This document shows positions 39,295 to 53,251 of a DNA stretch of 64,000 nucleotides, one piece after another. The notes beneath the pieces were generated by a model that was given only the letters and a program-made list of their open reading frames with translations, made no database searches and was not told the origin of the DNA. Origin of the DNA: the human T2T-CHM13v2.0 reference genome, Homo sapiens. Location: NCBI RefSeq assembly GCF_009914755.1, contig NC_060937.1; one strand, 5' to 3'. The number at the start of each line of letters is the position of its first letter. Position 1 is the stretch's first letter. A program made the translations under genes and the position numbers.

Positions 39295-39537
39295 GGCCAG
39301 GTGCGGTGGCCCATGCCTGTAATCCTTGCACTTTAGGAGACTGAGGCAGGGGGATCCCTTCAGCCCAGGAGTTCGAGACCAGACTGGGCAATATAGTGGG
39401 ACCTCGTTTCTACAAAAAATGAAAAAATTAGTGGAGTGTGGTGGCACACTCCAGTGGTCCCAGCTACTTGGGACGCTGAGGTGGGAGGATTGCTTGAGCC
39501 TGGGAGGCAGAGGTTGCAGTGAGCCAAGGTCATGCTA
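39295..39537 (+). mobile_element. Alu (AluJ-like), 3' end missing
   Basis: Sense Alu ending at gagccaaggtcatgcta with no tail. Confidence 0.92.
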
Positions 39538-39917
39538 TGAGTAACATTTTGAAGGTCCACTTCTGGGATTCATCCAGGAGCTAAACGGGTCATGTCCAGC
39601 CAACTCAGCATTCACCAAGGTACGTTTCCAGACCAAACACCACATTGTCCATAGACTGATATGCCTCAAAAACCTGGTAGAGGTGGGCACGGGGTTAGGT
39701 AGAAATCATCTTCCTCCCTTCCTTCCCCACCAAACTTTCTGGTGACAGAAGCTTTTCTGTAACTGGGGCAGAATGGGGTCAGACACTCTGGCAACTTACC
39801 CATTGGTGTTATGAAATATAAAACATTAATGTATTTATATAAAAAGTGATAGATGAAATTAAAATTTGCTGTTCTATTAAAACCATATTAGATTTTAAAT
39901 TATTATAGAGATTATAT

Positions 39918-39993
39918 TTTAATGTTTTAAATGTATTTGATACATTACAAAATTATTTTAGTTACAAGCATATCATTAAAGCTATTCTTTATT
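39918..39993 (-). terminator. GJB2: GJB2 polyadenylation signals (AATAAA at 39988-39993, ATTAAA at 39918-39923)
   Basis: tttatt and tttaat on +, in AT-rich sequence ~1.35-1.4 kb after the stop codon. Confidence 0.75.
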
Positions 39994-41330
39994 ATTACAA
40001 AATGCTTTTACAATGCTATTCTTGACAACAGGAAAATACTTACCCTCACTGAAGTATGTGGAGTACCATTTTTTGGAAACCATGTCAAGCATAATGGCAA
40101 TATTCAGGTTCAATCTTCCTATAGATCTGCTCAATATTTATCTAAACCTTAGCTTCTATTCTTTTCACATGTTATTAGTTATATTTTCACTTAAAAAATT
40201 GGAGGCTGAAGGGGTAAGCAAACAAACTTTTGAAGTAGACAAAGCTCATCTTTAATCAACAGAATTTAGAGTCCAGTCTTTCCAAATCTGTTTTTAACGA
40301 CAGAAACTTCTCCCTCCCCTGCCCCATTTTGTCCTCCCCATTAAATGGTACTGTGTCAATAAAATTCCCAAGCGACCTCTTTAAATCAGCGTTCTTTCCA
40401 ATGCTGGCTACCACAGTCATGGAAAAGGGAGATGTGTTGGACAGGCCTGTCATTACAGGTAGTAGTTGGTGGTACATCCAGTCTGTATTTCTTACACAAA
40501 ATTACATCTAAATATTTGACATGAGGCCATTTGCTATCATAAGCCATCACTAGGAACTTCTAGTCTGTCTCACTCGATTGAGGCTACAATGTTGTTAGGT
40601 GCTATGACCACAATGAATACAACAGACAGCCTCTCAGCTGTGCTGCAAAGTATTCATAACCAAAAGACCATATTTCAAATTAAATCATAGTAGCGAATGA
40701 CATACCATTTACATATTACAATCTGAGCCTCTGAAACAGGGGGAACATATAATGGTATCCAGAACATCTTTACATCAAAATAACCTATCATACTACAAAG
40801 TTTTCACTTCCAAAAAGTGTAACAGAGTTTAAGGCACTGGTAACTTTGTCCACTGTTAGAGATTAAAACTTCCAAAGCAAATGAAAGAACCAATGTTCAC
40901 CTTTAACGTGGGGAAAGTTGGCAAAAAGAACCCCAGGAGGACACCCAAACCTTCTCTGTGTCCTCTGTGGAACCTGGCTTTTTTCTCTTGTCCTCAGAGA
41001 AAGAAACAAATGCCGATATCCTCTGTTTAAAATATGAAAGTACCTTACACCAATAACCCCTAACAGCCTGGGGTCTCAGTGGAACTAACTTAAGTGAAAG
41101 AAAATTAAGACAGGCATAGAATTAGGCCTTTGTTTTGAGGCTTTAGGGGAGCAGAGCTCCATCGTGGCATCTGGAGTTTCACCTGAGGCCTACAGGGGTT
41201 TCAAATGGTTGCATTTAAGGTCAGAATCTTTGTGTTGGGAAATGCTAGCGACTGAGCCTTGACAGCTGAGCACGGGTTGCCTCATCCCTCTCATGCTGTC
41301 TATTTCTTAATCTAACAACTGGGCAATGCG

Positions 41331-42014
<684 letters not shown>

Positions 42015-45000
42015 CTACTCTGGGCGGTTTGCTCTGGAAAAGACGAATGCACACAACACAGGAATCACTAGCTAGGACAGAACAGGGAGACTTCTCTGAG
42101 TCTGGGTAAGCAAGCATGCTTAAATCTCTTCCTGAGCAAACACCAACTCTTACACAACCTCACCAAAACAGGTGAAGACAGAACCAACTTAGTTTGTCAT
42201 AGGATTAAATGTATAGTTCCCAAACCCTCTTGAACGTGTTTTTAGGTGTTCTCTGATAAAAAGTAGCTTGTTCACCTGAGTAATTCACCCAATCTTTAAA
42301 CACATCATAAAAATTTGCTGTGCTGGGGAGTGTCATAAAGTCCTCGTTAGCTGAAAGGCACTCATGGGTTCTGACCGTACCCCTGCATCCTCTGCAGAGC
42401 TTCCTTGGGTCTTCCTGACTCTGCAGAAGTTACTCAGCGTTCAACAGCTGCATCCATTTGCAGTCTCAAGTTTTGGCTGTACCACTGGGGCCGATACTAG
42501 CTTGGGCCAACCTTGCTCAAAGGCTGAGAGGCCAAGTACAGGAGAACCGTGAGGATAAGATGTCTAGTCTCTCTGCTGAGCCACTTTCCTTAATGTCTTG
42601 AATGAATTTTCACAGACGTGGCATGTAGCAGTGAAACTGTTGTTACCAGTGGTTAAGTTTACATTTGAGGCACCCCGAGTTAAAATTTTACAAAGGACCT
42701 TGCTTCCTCCTACGTGAAAGGAAGAGGTTAGGAATGCCCTCTTCATGGAGAAAAGCCACTGTGAGCACAGACTTTCGTGTAGGCTTTGTGGATGGCTTGG
42801 TGGCCTCACTGTCAGGCTGGCACTGATGGCTCAGTTAGCATATCTGTTTTGATAAGTGCTGCAACAGTGCATTATAATTGTGGGCTGTGGTTTTAATTTC
42901 AAAGTGTTTCTTAAAAGACACATTATTTTAAAATGACAGAAAATTCAACTCCCTCGGTTACTGGCCCAGCTAAGCGACGTCACTGCATTGCAGTTCAGCG
43001 CTGAAGCTTGGGAGAGTCCCACACTCCTTACTGCAAGCGGATGTGGAGAGGCCAGTGGATAATCTCCTGTGAGCCCATGGCCTTCTTTTCATCCCAGGAT
43101 GTGAATTGTCTTCACTGATTCATAGTTACACCCTGCCTGCCACAACCAACGCTCTCCTAAACAAGATTCCACCCTCTCCACAATCTGGATGAATCATCTC
43201 TTTTCCACCCTTCAGAGCTGGTAGTGAATCTTCCTCCTTCTTTTTCTTAAAAGCATCCTCCTCTCCTCATTTTAGGCAAGTTGCATCCCGTTTTCTGATG
43301 GACTCCAGAAGCAGGCTCGTAGTGAATGTCTTTCATGACCCACAGTCGCTGCCACGGGGCACCAAGGTCAGGCAGAAACCATCCAGTGCCACCTTGGTCA
43401 GAGGCTAACAGGAGAGAGGTGGCCACGAAAGTTACATCAGATTGACATAGGCCTGTGAAACATTTAGCTTCACTGAGCTTGGGAAAGACAACATCATTGG
43501 AAAAAACAATATTTTAGCCCAGGTTCAGCACTGACCCATTGATAATCCAGACTGGGAGGCCCTTAGGTGAGCTGGTTGTCCTGCTACAGCACCCACAGCT
43601 CAGGCCAGTCCCGTCCCAACAGCAGAACCACCGAGGACAGCAACATTCCGATTTTAACAAAAGCATCTTATGGAATTAGACATTCTTCATTGGCCCTCAC
43701 TGAGTGGAAAACAGGATACTCCCCAAAGTAAACTCTCTCCTGGTTTACAACAATACACCTGGCCAAGAATATGGGGCTGCAGGAGGAGGGGTTTATCCTT
43801 TGCCCTCTTCCACCTGCCAAACCCAGGTCATACACCCTTCTACAGACCTGTCCAGTTACCATCAGCTGAGAAAAATACAGTTCCGAGAAACCCTATATTG
43901 TTATTTTATAAAGCTTGAGTTGAAGCTACCTGTTTTAAAGATCCTTTTTCAGGAAGAGGAGTAAATTAAGATTTACTCCCCAATGGGCTAGGGGGTCATG
44001 GGTTAAGAGGGGCTCAGAAGCAGGACGAAGTTGTTTTCAATATTCAAGTCAGAGGAGGAGCTGCCCTCCTGGCCTCCCGACCCTGGGCGGTTACATGCAG
44101 CTTCCTACCGGGCCCACGCCACCCTGCACCGCCTGGAGGGCTGCCAGAGGCCAGCGGAGGAGTTGGTTCAGTTCCTTAGGGAAGACACTAGGTGAATCAC
44201 CAGGATCCAGAAAAGGCAAAAGGGACTCTTCACCCCTTAAATTTCTCCACCCTTAGGTGATGGGTGGTCGACCTTGCCTGGCTGTCCCCAGAGGGTTCCT
44301 CCACCCTTCTCACCAGTGTCTGAAATTGTGACCGACTGTGCACAGCAGTTTCGAAAGGGACTCTAAGGTCACATGGGGACACGGCCGTACCACGCTTCTC
44401 AAGGCAGTCCCAGGTGCATGGCCACGGAACCCAGCTCTCAGCAGCTGTTAGTTAGGTGAGCGCTGTTCGGGCTGCCTTCCTCCTCCAGTGGGGCAGGATC
44501 GAGGCACTGATGGAACCGTCCTGAGGACGCGGGTCTCAGCCGCACACCACCTCTTCGCGAACAAGGGTCCTAAAAATTTTCCTTCTAGGCGGGGAGCACA
44601 GCCCGGAAACAGACCCTCGTGAAGTGTTTAGGAAAAAGGGAAGCCACTGAAATCTTGGCCCCGGGGTAGGCCGGGATCGGCTGGCTCCGCGTTAGTTCTA
44701 GGCAAACTCCGCCCAAATCTCTGCCCGGGGATTTTTCTGCAGAAGCCGCTCCAAGAGGTAAAGGTCAGTTCCTGCAGCGAAGGCTTCCTGCTTCACCGGC
44801 GAAACGGAGCTTTGCTTCGAAGCTAAGCTTTCGGTGAATTTAAAACGTTTGGTGGCAGTGGGTCAAGTAGCCAGGCGGCTGCGCTAGAGTACCCCGAAGG
44901 GACATCGGCGACACCACAAACCTCGCGCTGGCGGCTCGCCCGCGCCTTTTTCCCCTCCCGCGCGCGCCCGGCCCCACTCGCACCCCGGGCGGTGCCATCG

Positions 45001-45212
45001 CGTCCACTTCCCCGGCCGCCCCATTCCAGCTCCGGAGCTCGGCCGCAGAAACGCCCGCTCCAGAAGGCGGCCCCCGCCCCCCGGCCCAAGGACGTGTGTT
45101 GGTCCAGCCCCCCGGTTCCCCGAGACCCACGCGGCCGGGCAACCGCTCTGGGTCTCGCGGTCCCTCCCCGCGCCAGGTTCCTGGCCGGGCAGTCCGGGGC
45201 CGGCGGGCTCAC

Positions 45213-45368
45213 CTGCGTCGGGAGGAAGCGCGGCGGGGCCGGGGCGGGGGTCTCGGCGTTGGGGTCTCTGCGCTGGGGCTCCTGCGCTCCTAGGCGGGTC
45301 CTGGGCCGGGCGCCGCCGAGGGGCTCCGAGTCGGGGAGAGGAGCGCGCGGGCGCTGCGGGGCCGCAAC
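45213..45368 (-). other. GJB2: GJB2 non-coding exon 1
   Basis: Donor CAG|GTGAGC with GT at 45212-45211. The intron 42034-45212 is 3179 nt, the known GJB2 intron size. The exon is GC-rich with no AUG. The TSS is approximate, ~25 nt downstream of TTAAAA. Confidence 0.92.
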
Positions 45369-45390
45369 ACCTGTCTCCCGCCGTGGCGCC

Positions 45391-45465
45391 TTTTAACCGC
45401 ACCCCACACCCCGCCTCTTCCCTCGGAGACTGGGAAAGTTACGGAGGGGGCGGCGCCGCGGGCGG
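45391..45465 (-). promoter_or_regulatory. GJB2: GJB2 basal promoter: TTAAAA box, GT box, two GC (Sp1/Sp3) boxes
   Basis: ttttaa at 45391-45396 (TTAAAA on -), accccacacc at 45401-45410, gggggcgg at 45446-45453 and gggcgg at 45460-45465. This matches the described Cx26 promoter layout. Confidence 0.88.
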
Positions 45466-48400
45466 AGCGCGCCCGGCCTCTGGGTCCTCAGAGCTTCCCG
45501 GGTCCGCGAACCCCCGACCGCCCCCGAAAGCCCCGAACCCCCCAAGTCCCCTTCGAGGCCCCGATCTCCTAGTTCCTTTGAGCCCCCATGAGTTCCCCAG
45601 GTGCCCCCAGCGCCCTGAGTCTCCCCCGGTTACCCCGAGCGCCGCCTCCCCCAGCCCCTTGGCGGCCCGGGTGGAGCGGGGGCGGCTGAGAGTCGGGACC
45701 CCCCAGGAAGCGGCGCCCCAGACCCCGGCTCCGGCGCTGTGCCGTGGGCGGGGTTCAGGGATGGCTGTGGTCGTTGTCCTCTGTACTCCGCATAGTGCGA
45801 GAGGACTTGGCATTTATGAGCGCTTCTTTAATTTTTTATTGTTAGAGAAACAGGCATTCCTCCAAGGACTGAAGATCTGTTCGAGTCGCGGAGGCTGCGC
45901 GGGCCCGCGAGGCTCTCGCAGGGGGACCTAGGCTGGGTGGCGGGGCAGTGCCCTCTGGAATGGGGGTTAACGGTGGCCGAGGAGGGGGCGCCGCTGGTGC
46001 CGGCGAAGTCCCCGCTTCTTTCTCCCCTCAAAATCTCACCAATCCGAACGAACGCCTTCTCGAATTTCCGATTTTATTCAATTACTTTCAACAATGTGCC
46101 AAGGACTAAGGTTGGGGGCGGTGGGAGAGACAAGCCTCGTTTTTGCCATGGCCGGCAGGGGGGTCCCGCCATCTGCGGAGGGTGCCCCCCGCGGCCCCCG
46201 GCCCAGCCAACTTCCTCCTCTTTTCGCAACTGGGGAACTGCAAGGAGGTGACTCCTTTCGGGGTGAGGAGGCCCAGACTTTTCAGAAAGGAAAGAGGGCA
46301 GGTAAAACCTGCCAAGCCCCTTCCTGCTCGATGCACACAGCACGAAAGGGGGAAACTGATAGGATTCTGCGGAAGACCGCTGGGGGGCTGGCTCTGCACT
46401 GCACACCTGCTGGGGGCTTTCTGGATACCGTGAAGCTTTGTCTCAGATTATGAGGTCTCAGTATTTGCATTTGGTTGGGGATTTTGATGTCTTGCGATAC
46501 AAATGACAGAAGACAGATTTGCACAGCGCAAGCGGATGAGGGACTAAGATGTGCAGAGCAGGCTGGGTGGGGACTCCCGGGGAGGTCTCCCCCAACCCCC
46601 GCCCCACCTCGGGCACCCACTTCGCGATTTTTGCAGAGGGGAGCCAGGTCAGAGGTGCAGCCTGGTCCCCTCGCGCTCACGTTTTTACCCAGGTCAGTTC
46701 GAAGTTAAGTGGAAATGATGATTAATCCTGACAAGTCAGATCTGGCCTCAGAATGGATTTCCCGTGATTGCCACCATTATTAGCATTGACTTTTCCTTGA
46801 AAAATTGGCGCCCCGTGGCCATGGGCCGACCTAGGCAGTTTCTGCAGGGACGAGCGTGAGTTTTGTACCGCGGTTACCACCTACTTTCCAGCTCCAGGTC
46901 TTAGTCTAAGAGGGAGTGTCTGCTCATGAAGAGGCAAAGCCCCAGGAGCTGCGAAAAGCCTTGCATGGCCCATCTGAGAGATGTGCTGAGTCGGCTTGTT
47001 AAAAATGACAGGCAAAGCCTGTGGGGTGGGGCAGCTTTCTTGGCCTGAGCGCATCTTGGTTGAGCCAGAGGTGACTTGGGGTGGGGAGTGGGGCGCCGGT
47101 TGGTGGGTTCTCCCTTTAATTTCTCAAAGGCTGTGGTGTTTATGAGTCTGTTGGAATCCTGGTTGGGTTGGAATGAAGGAAGGTTCTAGAACCATTGTGG
47201 GAAGCTCGCTAGTAAAGATGGTTTGGAGATCGGAAGTTGACTGACTTTCCCCCATTGAAAAATGTCACCTGAGATTTTAGTGCCTGTATCACGATTATAG
47301 GCTCAACTTTCTTTTCCTTGTTTTCTTTGATTTAGTTCTCCTTATGTGCAAAATTACTGTGTGATGTTGGCTAGTCGTATTATCACAGCCACTCCGTGTT
47401 TTCAGGATTTGTAGCTGGAAGTCCTATAGCACTTAAGTCTTCACTTACAGATCAGCGCTTGCTTTTATTCTGTTTTGTGTGATTTCTGCTGTTTTCCTGT
47501 GAGTTGGTGTTTTCTTTCCAAGTAGGCTCAGGACTCCTCTAGGGCAGGACATTATATGCATGTACATAGTGTCCTCCAGTGTAGGGGAGGAGAAGGAGGA
47601 GAGGTGAGGTGGGAAAAGGGTGAGGGAAGGCTTGGATATTTGAAGTTATTTACAAATGAGCTTAGACGTAAATCCAGTTAACAGATGACACCACAAATTA
47701 ATGATTAAAGAAATCCTGAAATTATTTTGTAAATTACACACTTATATTGCTGCATTTTTTTTTCTGTTGAAAGCATTACTTTTAACAGAAATGGAAACAT
47801 TGGAAATAAACCATGTTTTTCTCACCTTTTATGTCTTCATCTCTTAATGTACCAGTCCCTAGAGAAGCTGAAGCCCAATCCTGTGTTCCTCCACCCCAGC
47901 CACCCAGCCCCATGGTGAGGACACAGGGAGCTTAGGATAGTACTGCTGCGTGCAGCATACACCTTTGTCTCATTGACCTGCAGAGACTGACCAGATAGAG
48001 AAGGTTTTTTGATGGAAAACTCACTGTGGTGTCTGCCTGGTTGATCTTGAATGATGGCAAGTGGGCACTTTTCAGGTAACTATTGATGATTAACTGACAA
48101 AGATCTGTGAAGGCTACACTTTGTCACTTCAGAGTGCCAGAGATACCCATCAGTAATATTTTTACATATATGCTTAGTACCATGCAGGTAAATCCCAGGT
48201 GATTGTCATCGAGCTGAACTTTTACTCAGATGTTTAAAGTGATGCACTTGTAAGGTTATAAGGTGAAAATGCTAATGTTTAAAGCTATTTGGCATTTTAA
48301 TTTGACAGTTGTTTTATAAATGAACCAAAAAGAAAGAAGTTGCTGTTTTGCAATAAATCAGTGTGACACAAATCATATTTCTTAATATTTCAAGTGACTG

Positions 48401-49890
48401 CTTGCCAACTGCCTGATGGAATGGCACCGTGAATTCCCGCCGGGAAGAATGCTCTAAATATACATTAAACATGTCTTGGTTGAATTTCCGACTCACGAAT
48501 CACACGTAGGTGATGGCAGAAAATGATGCAAGACGCGAAGAGACTGTCCTACCACTTGGCAGTTTTAGGGCAAGTTGGATTCATTGAGTGTCTTTTCAAG
48601 AGCCATTAGTTAATGGACCACATTCCCTTTTCTTGCCTTGCTGTTGAAATATTAATAATAATAATAACTGGCAAAAAAAGAGAAACTTTAGCTCTCCTCA
48701 AAATAGCAGTTGGAAACTGACAAGCTCCTGGCATCTCTGGTTAATTAATAATAACTTACATATGATACTGTAATTTTAATGCAGGAGTGGCTCCACTGTG
48801 CTCCTTTGTGGGTAATTATTACAGGGAACACTATTTCACTACAATTTCTCTCTGTGTAATTGAACCACACCCTGACTTATGTTTTCTGAAAATTGTTAAA
48901 GTCAAATCTTTTGGGGAAAATCTGTTGTTCCATTCAAAGAGTTAAAAAAAAATTCCAGCCTTCAATAATTTAATTGTTCTTTGCTTCCAAATTAAAGACA
49001 TCTCATAAAATTCTAATTGCCAAGTTGTGACTGAAATTATTATATAGGCTTTTAAATTTTCCTCATTCTATTCTTATTTTCACACATACAATCTTTTGGG
49101 GGAAATTCAAACTGCTAGATGTGTCTCCGTTTCAAGGCAATGGTAGAATTAGTTGATCTCCTTGGTTTTGCTGAATGGACACGTGCTCTTACTCACAAAT
49201 ATATCCATGCAGTTCTTTTATGATTATCTAGGCAGACTGTGGATAAATTACAAAGACATTTCCAATTGTATTTGTGTCAAAAAGCACATTTTGGTCAGAA
49301 ATGAATCCAGAGCTATAACTCCTTAAATAGGTAAATTTTTTTTACTTCTATTGAATATAAAAAGTAAATTCTGTAAATTATGGTGGCTTGCCAACATGGA
49401 AATTCTGGATCATTCACAAGGAAGCCAAAAAGAGCTCTACATTCTAGCTCTGGCTACAAAAATATTGTGCTATCTATCATCTTGAAGGGCTTCTGGAACA
49501 AGTTAGAATAGAGTCAACACTCATGAACTGCTGTAGCAAAAAAAACTATAGATGTAGGATTGACAAGGGCAATAGAGCGATGACTCCCTGGCTGTGTTGT
49601 ATTTGATGGACGGCAGTAGCTTTTCACAAAATGCTCATTTGGATGTTTCAAATTAAAACGTTTCACTTTCTAGAACCAATTACGTGGTCAGTTTAGCTCC
49701 TGAGGTCCCAGTCAGAGGGGTATTCTGTAGCTTGCAAAGCCTCTCTTTGGGGACTGGACATGGAGTCTGTGGTCTTAGAATTCAGAACCGGGAGAATGTG
49801 TTAGCCACTCATCTAAGCTATTCCTTAAACGCTTTCAGAGCCATCTCCACTGTGGGGAAAGAAGTTCTTTGTGTTCTCTGACTTAGTCTC

Positions 49891-49895
<5 letters not shown>

Positions 49896-49922
<27 letters not shown>
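49896..49922 (+). repeat. A27 mononucleotide run
   Basis: Pure A tract with no recognisable SINE/LINE body. Confidence 0.95.
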
Positions 49923-50977
49923 GCAATTGCAATACCCAGAGCGCACAGTAGATGGCACTGAGACTTGTCGGAAAGCTGGACGCACTCAAGAGGTGGCAGA
50001 AAAATCGATAGGTAAGCTTTTCTTCTAGTCTGGTGTTGCTGCTCCTGACCTTATTAATGGGCTGAGAAATAGATTTCTTTCCTTTCCTTTTCTTTTTTAT
50101 ATGAAATTAAATGAAGTATAAAAGAATATGAGAATGTGTTGCTATTAGCAAGGATAAGTAATGCTTTAGGAAACGTTTGGTTCATGTGTGTGTTTTCAGA
50201 CTGATGTGTGTCCTGGATCCAGTGTAAAATGTACTTCTGTCTGTAGGTCTCTGCCACAGAAAAGTTGGAAAGCCATTGTTGTATTCCATTTCCAGGGCAA
50301 CAAAAGATACCACTGTCACTTCATGTGAAATGGTGTTGTTACTAAGAGGAGAGACAGCAGGGCCTTAAGAGCAGCCCCAGCTCTGCTGTGCCTTAAGTTC
50401 ACAGTCCGTTGATCCCAGAAACCCCAGGTTGGTGAGATTTATTTGTGGATGGGCTGCTTAGGACCATCATTTCAGCTTGGAAAAGGACGTCCCAGGGCTC
50501 CTCTTTGTGATCTGAGAAGCAATAGCAACATTTAGTTAGGTCTTTTACTAGTTTAATACAATTATTTGTCTAAAAAAGGATAGGAATAATACTTTGATAT
50601 GTAGTATGCTCAGAAATCAGGGATCAGTCATTTTAATGGGTTACATATTTAAAGAGCCAGATAGAGACTTTTAATGCCAAACGTATGCATTGAACAATTA
50701 TGCTTTGGAAAAGAGGAGGCAGTAAACATAATGGTTTATATTGTCTCTTTATTGGCTTTGAAATGAATCAATGATGGCGGGGAATTTAGCGTATTAGACT
50801 ATTGCTATTAGTGATATGGGGCTCTAGTACACATAGCTTTCATGGGTGAAGATGGTATTGGTCATCTCAGTCACCATCTGATGGGAAACATTCACTTATT
50901 CTTACAGGCTACGTGATATTGCATGTAGGTAATTAGGTGGCTGGGCTTTAGAAAGACACAGCCTCTGCTTACAATTT

Positions 50978-51285
50978 ACGGTAGTTCCCCATTATCCATG
51001 AGGGGTACATTCCAAGCCCCCAGTGATGCCTGAAACCTCAGATGGTACTGAACCCTCTATATAATCTGTTTTTTCCTATACATACAAACCTACCATAAGG
51101 CTTAATGGTAAGAGATTAACAATAAAGAATAATAAAACAACACTTATAACAATGTATAACAATATATTGTAATATAAGTTTTTGGATGCAGTCTCTCTCT
51201 CAAAATGCTATCATATTTTCCAACTGTGGTTGACTACAGGTAACTGGAACCACAAAAATGAAACAGTGGATAAGAGGGCGACAGG
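50978..51285. mobile_element. MER2/Tigger2-like DNA transposon
   Basis: Imperfect terminal inverted repeats gttccccattatcca and tggataagagggcgac; internal gatgcctgaaacctcagatggtactgaaccct. Confidence 0.8.
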
Positions 51286-52966
51286 AGTTGGTACAGGATA
51301 CCAAAGAAAAAAATAGAGTGTTGCAGCTGTAACATAGTTGAATGACTGAGTTAGACTGCATAACTGACACACAAAACCACATAAATATAAATGAAGGAAT
51401 CTCTGGGTGTAATCTGGTGCAAAGGTGACTGTGTTAATCATTAATCCACAAGTTGCTATCCTGAAGTGTGCCAAATGCTTTATGTTTATTTCATCACATA
51501 GCTCTATAAAGAAAGGATTTGTAATTCCTTTCTACAGAAGTGGAAAGTAAGTCTTAAGACTCAAAAAACTTTAAAAACTACAATGAAGTAACAACTTTTA
51601 TTAATTTATTTTGTGTCTTTCCAGAATTTCTATATATATAGGAATGTGATATGAATCTATATGTGAATTGAATCTACATGAATATTGATGACTTTTATTT
51701 CCCCTTTTGCACATAAGATAGAATATTTTACCTACTATTCCACACTTTGCTTTTCTTAACATATCATGGGATCTTTTTATATAAGTGAACAAAGAGTTTC
51801 TTCATTCTTTCACACAGTTTCATAGTATTCCTTTATATGATTATGTAATCATTTAATTAAAAACCCTTTTTTGATGGGTGTTTGGATTATTTCTAATATT
51901 TCGCTGTTACTAACAATAATATGGCTTCTGCTTCCAATTAAAATATAGAATGCAAAATACCATTATTCGTATGATAACAATAACAAAAAACCCTGATAAA
52001 ATGAAAATCATACTTTTTTTGTGGCAATTACCAAAGAACAGTGGAGAGGGTAAGCTTTGATGAGCTGAATTACTGAGCGTGATGGTGAGCAGAGAGCCCA
52101 CAGCTTCTTTCTTACTTGAGGGAAAGTACCTGATTTCTGTGTGGGAAGGTGGAGAAGCAGGCCTCTATCAATGAAGAGACTTTGTACCTTTAAGAAAAAT
52201 CTGCCAAAAGATTTGGAGATGGTTTAGAATTTAGAAGTCCACCAAATGCAAAAATAGTTTGGCTCAACAGTCACCCCCTGTCCCTGATTTTACTGCAAAA
52301 GTGGCAGTGGAGGCAAGGCTGGAAAACAAACAATTTCATAGTGCTTGAATTTTGGAGCCATGTTAGATGCAAGGTAAGCCAAATGATATGAAATCTATGT
52401 CTCAACCTGCTTCCAGTTTGAACAGTAGTAAAACCAAAGAAACTAGCCATTATACAGTGGCGGCATAGGAAATTCAGGTTAGGCTGAGGAGCAAAGTAAA
52501 ACGTCCTTGTTTCCATTAGATATCAGTGGTGCACTCAATTTAGTGAACACTACAGCTCAGTCTCAGCTCAACCTGACTCTTGATGAAATCTGATCAGATT
52601 CTCATTCCAGCCAGCTGGCAGAGAGAAAAGGACTTGCACTCACTAGAAAAAACAAAAACAAAACACTCCTGGAGAGTCTTTTATATGCAATGTCTAACCT
52701 TCAGTAAAAAAATCACAAGACGTGAGGAAATAGGAAAATGAGATCCATAATCAGGAGGAAAAAAAAAAAACAGTCAATAGAAGTAGATACACTACATATT
52801 GAAAATAAAAGTATGGGAAAATGTACATACACAATGCAAACTTAAATTATAGGGAAGCTGGGGTGGCTTTACTGTACAAAATATACTTCAAAACAAGGAA
52901 ACTAACAGAGTTAAAAAGACATCTCAAATGGTAAAAGGGTCTTTTCATCAAGAAGACATCAATCTT

Positions 52967-53251
52967 GGCCAGGTGCAGTGGCTCACACCAGTAATCCCTG
53001 CACTTTGGGAGGCCCAGGCAGGCGGATTGCCTGAGGTCAGGAGTTCAAGACCAGCCTGGCTAACATGGCAAAACCCCATCTATACTAAAAATACAAAAAA
53101 TTAGCTGGGCGTGGTGGTGGGCGTCAGCAATCCCAGCTAGACGGGGAGATTCATTTGAACCCAGTGGGCGGAGGTTGCAGTGAGCTGAGTTCGCACCATG
53201 CACTCCAGTCTGGGCAACTGGGCGAGACTCCATTTCAAAAAAAAAAAAAAA
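52967..53251 (+). mobile_element. Alu (AluS-like)
   Basis: Dimer; TSD aagaagacatca(a/c)tctt. Confidence 0.95.

Larger units (their letters stand above)
44500..46900. promoter_or_regulatory. CpG island over the GJB2 promoter, exon 1 and 5' intron
   Basis: Very GC-rich and dense in CpG; boundaries judged by eye. Confidence 0.9.

Noticed and set aside
46184-46200. CTCF-like GGCCGCGGGGGGCAC in the GJB2 island
   Set aside because: One base short of the core spacing; GC-rich matches are expected by chance here.
44823-46708. Many overlapping ORFs of 100-180 aa around the GJB2 promoter
   Set aside because: GC-content artefacts in all frames, mostly with non-ATG starts.
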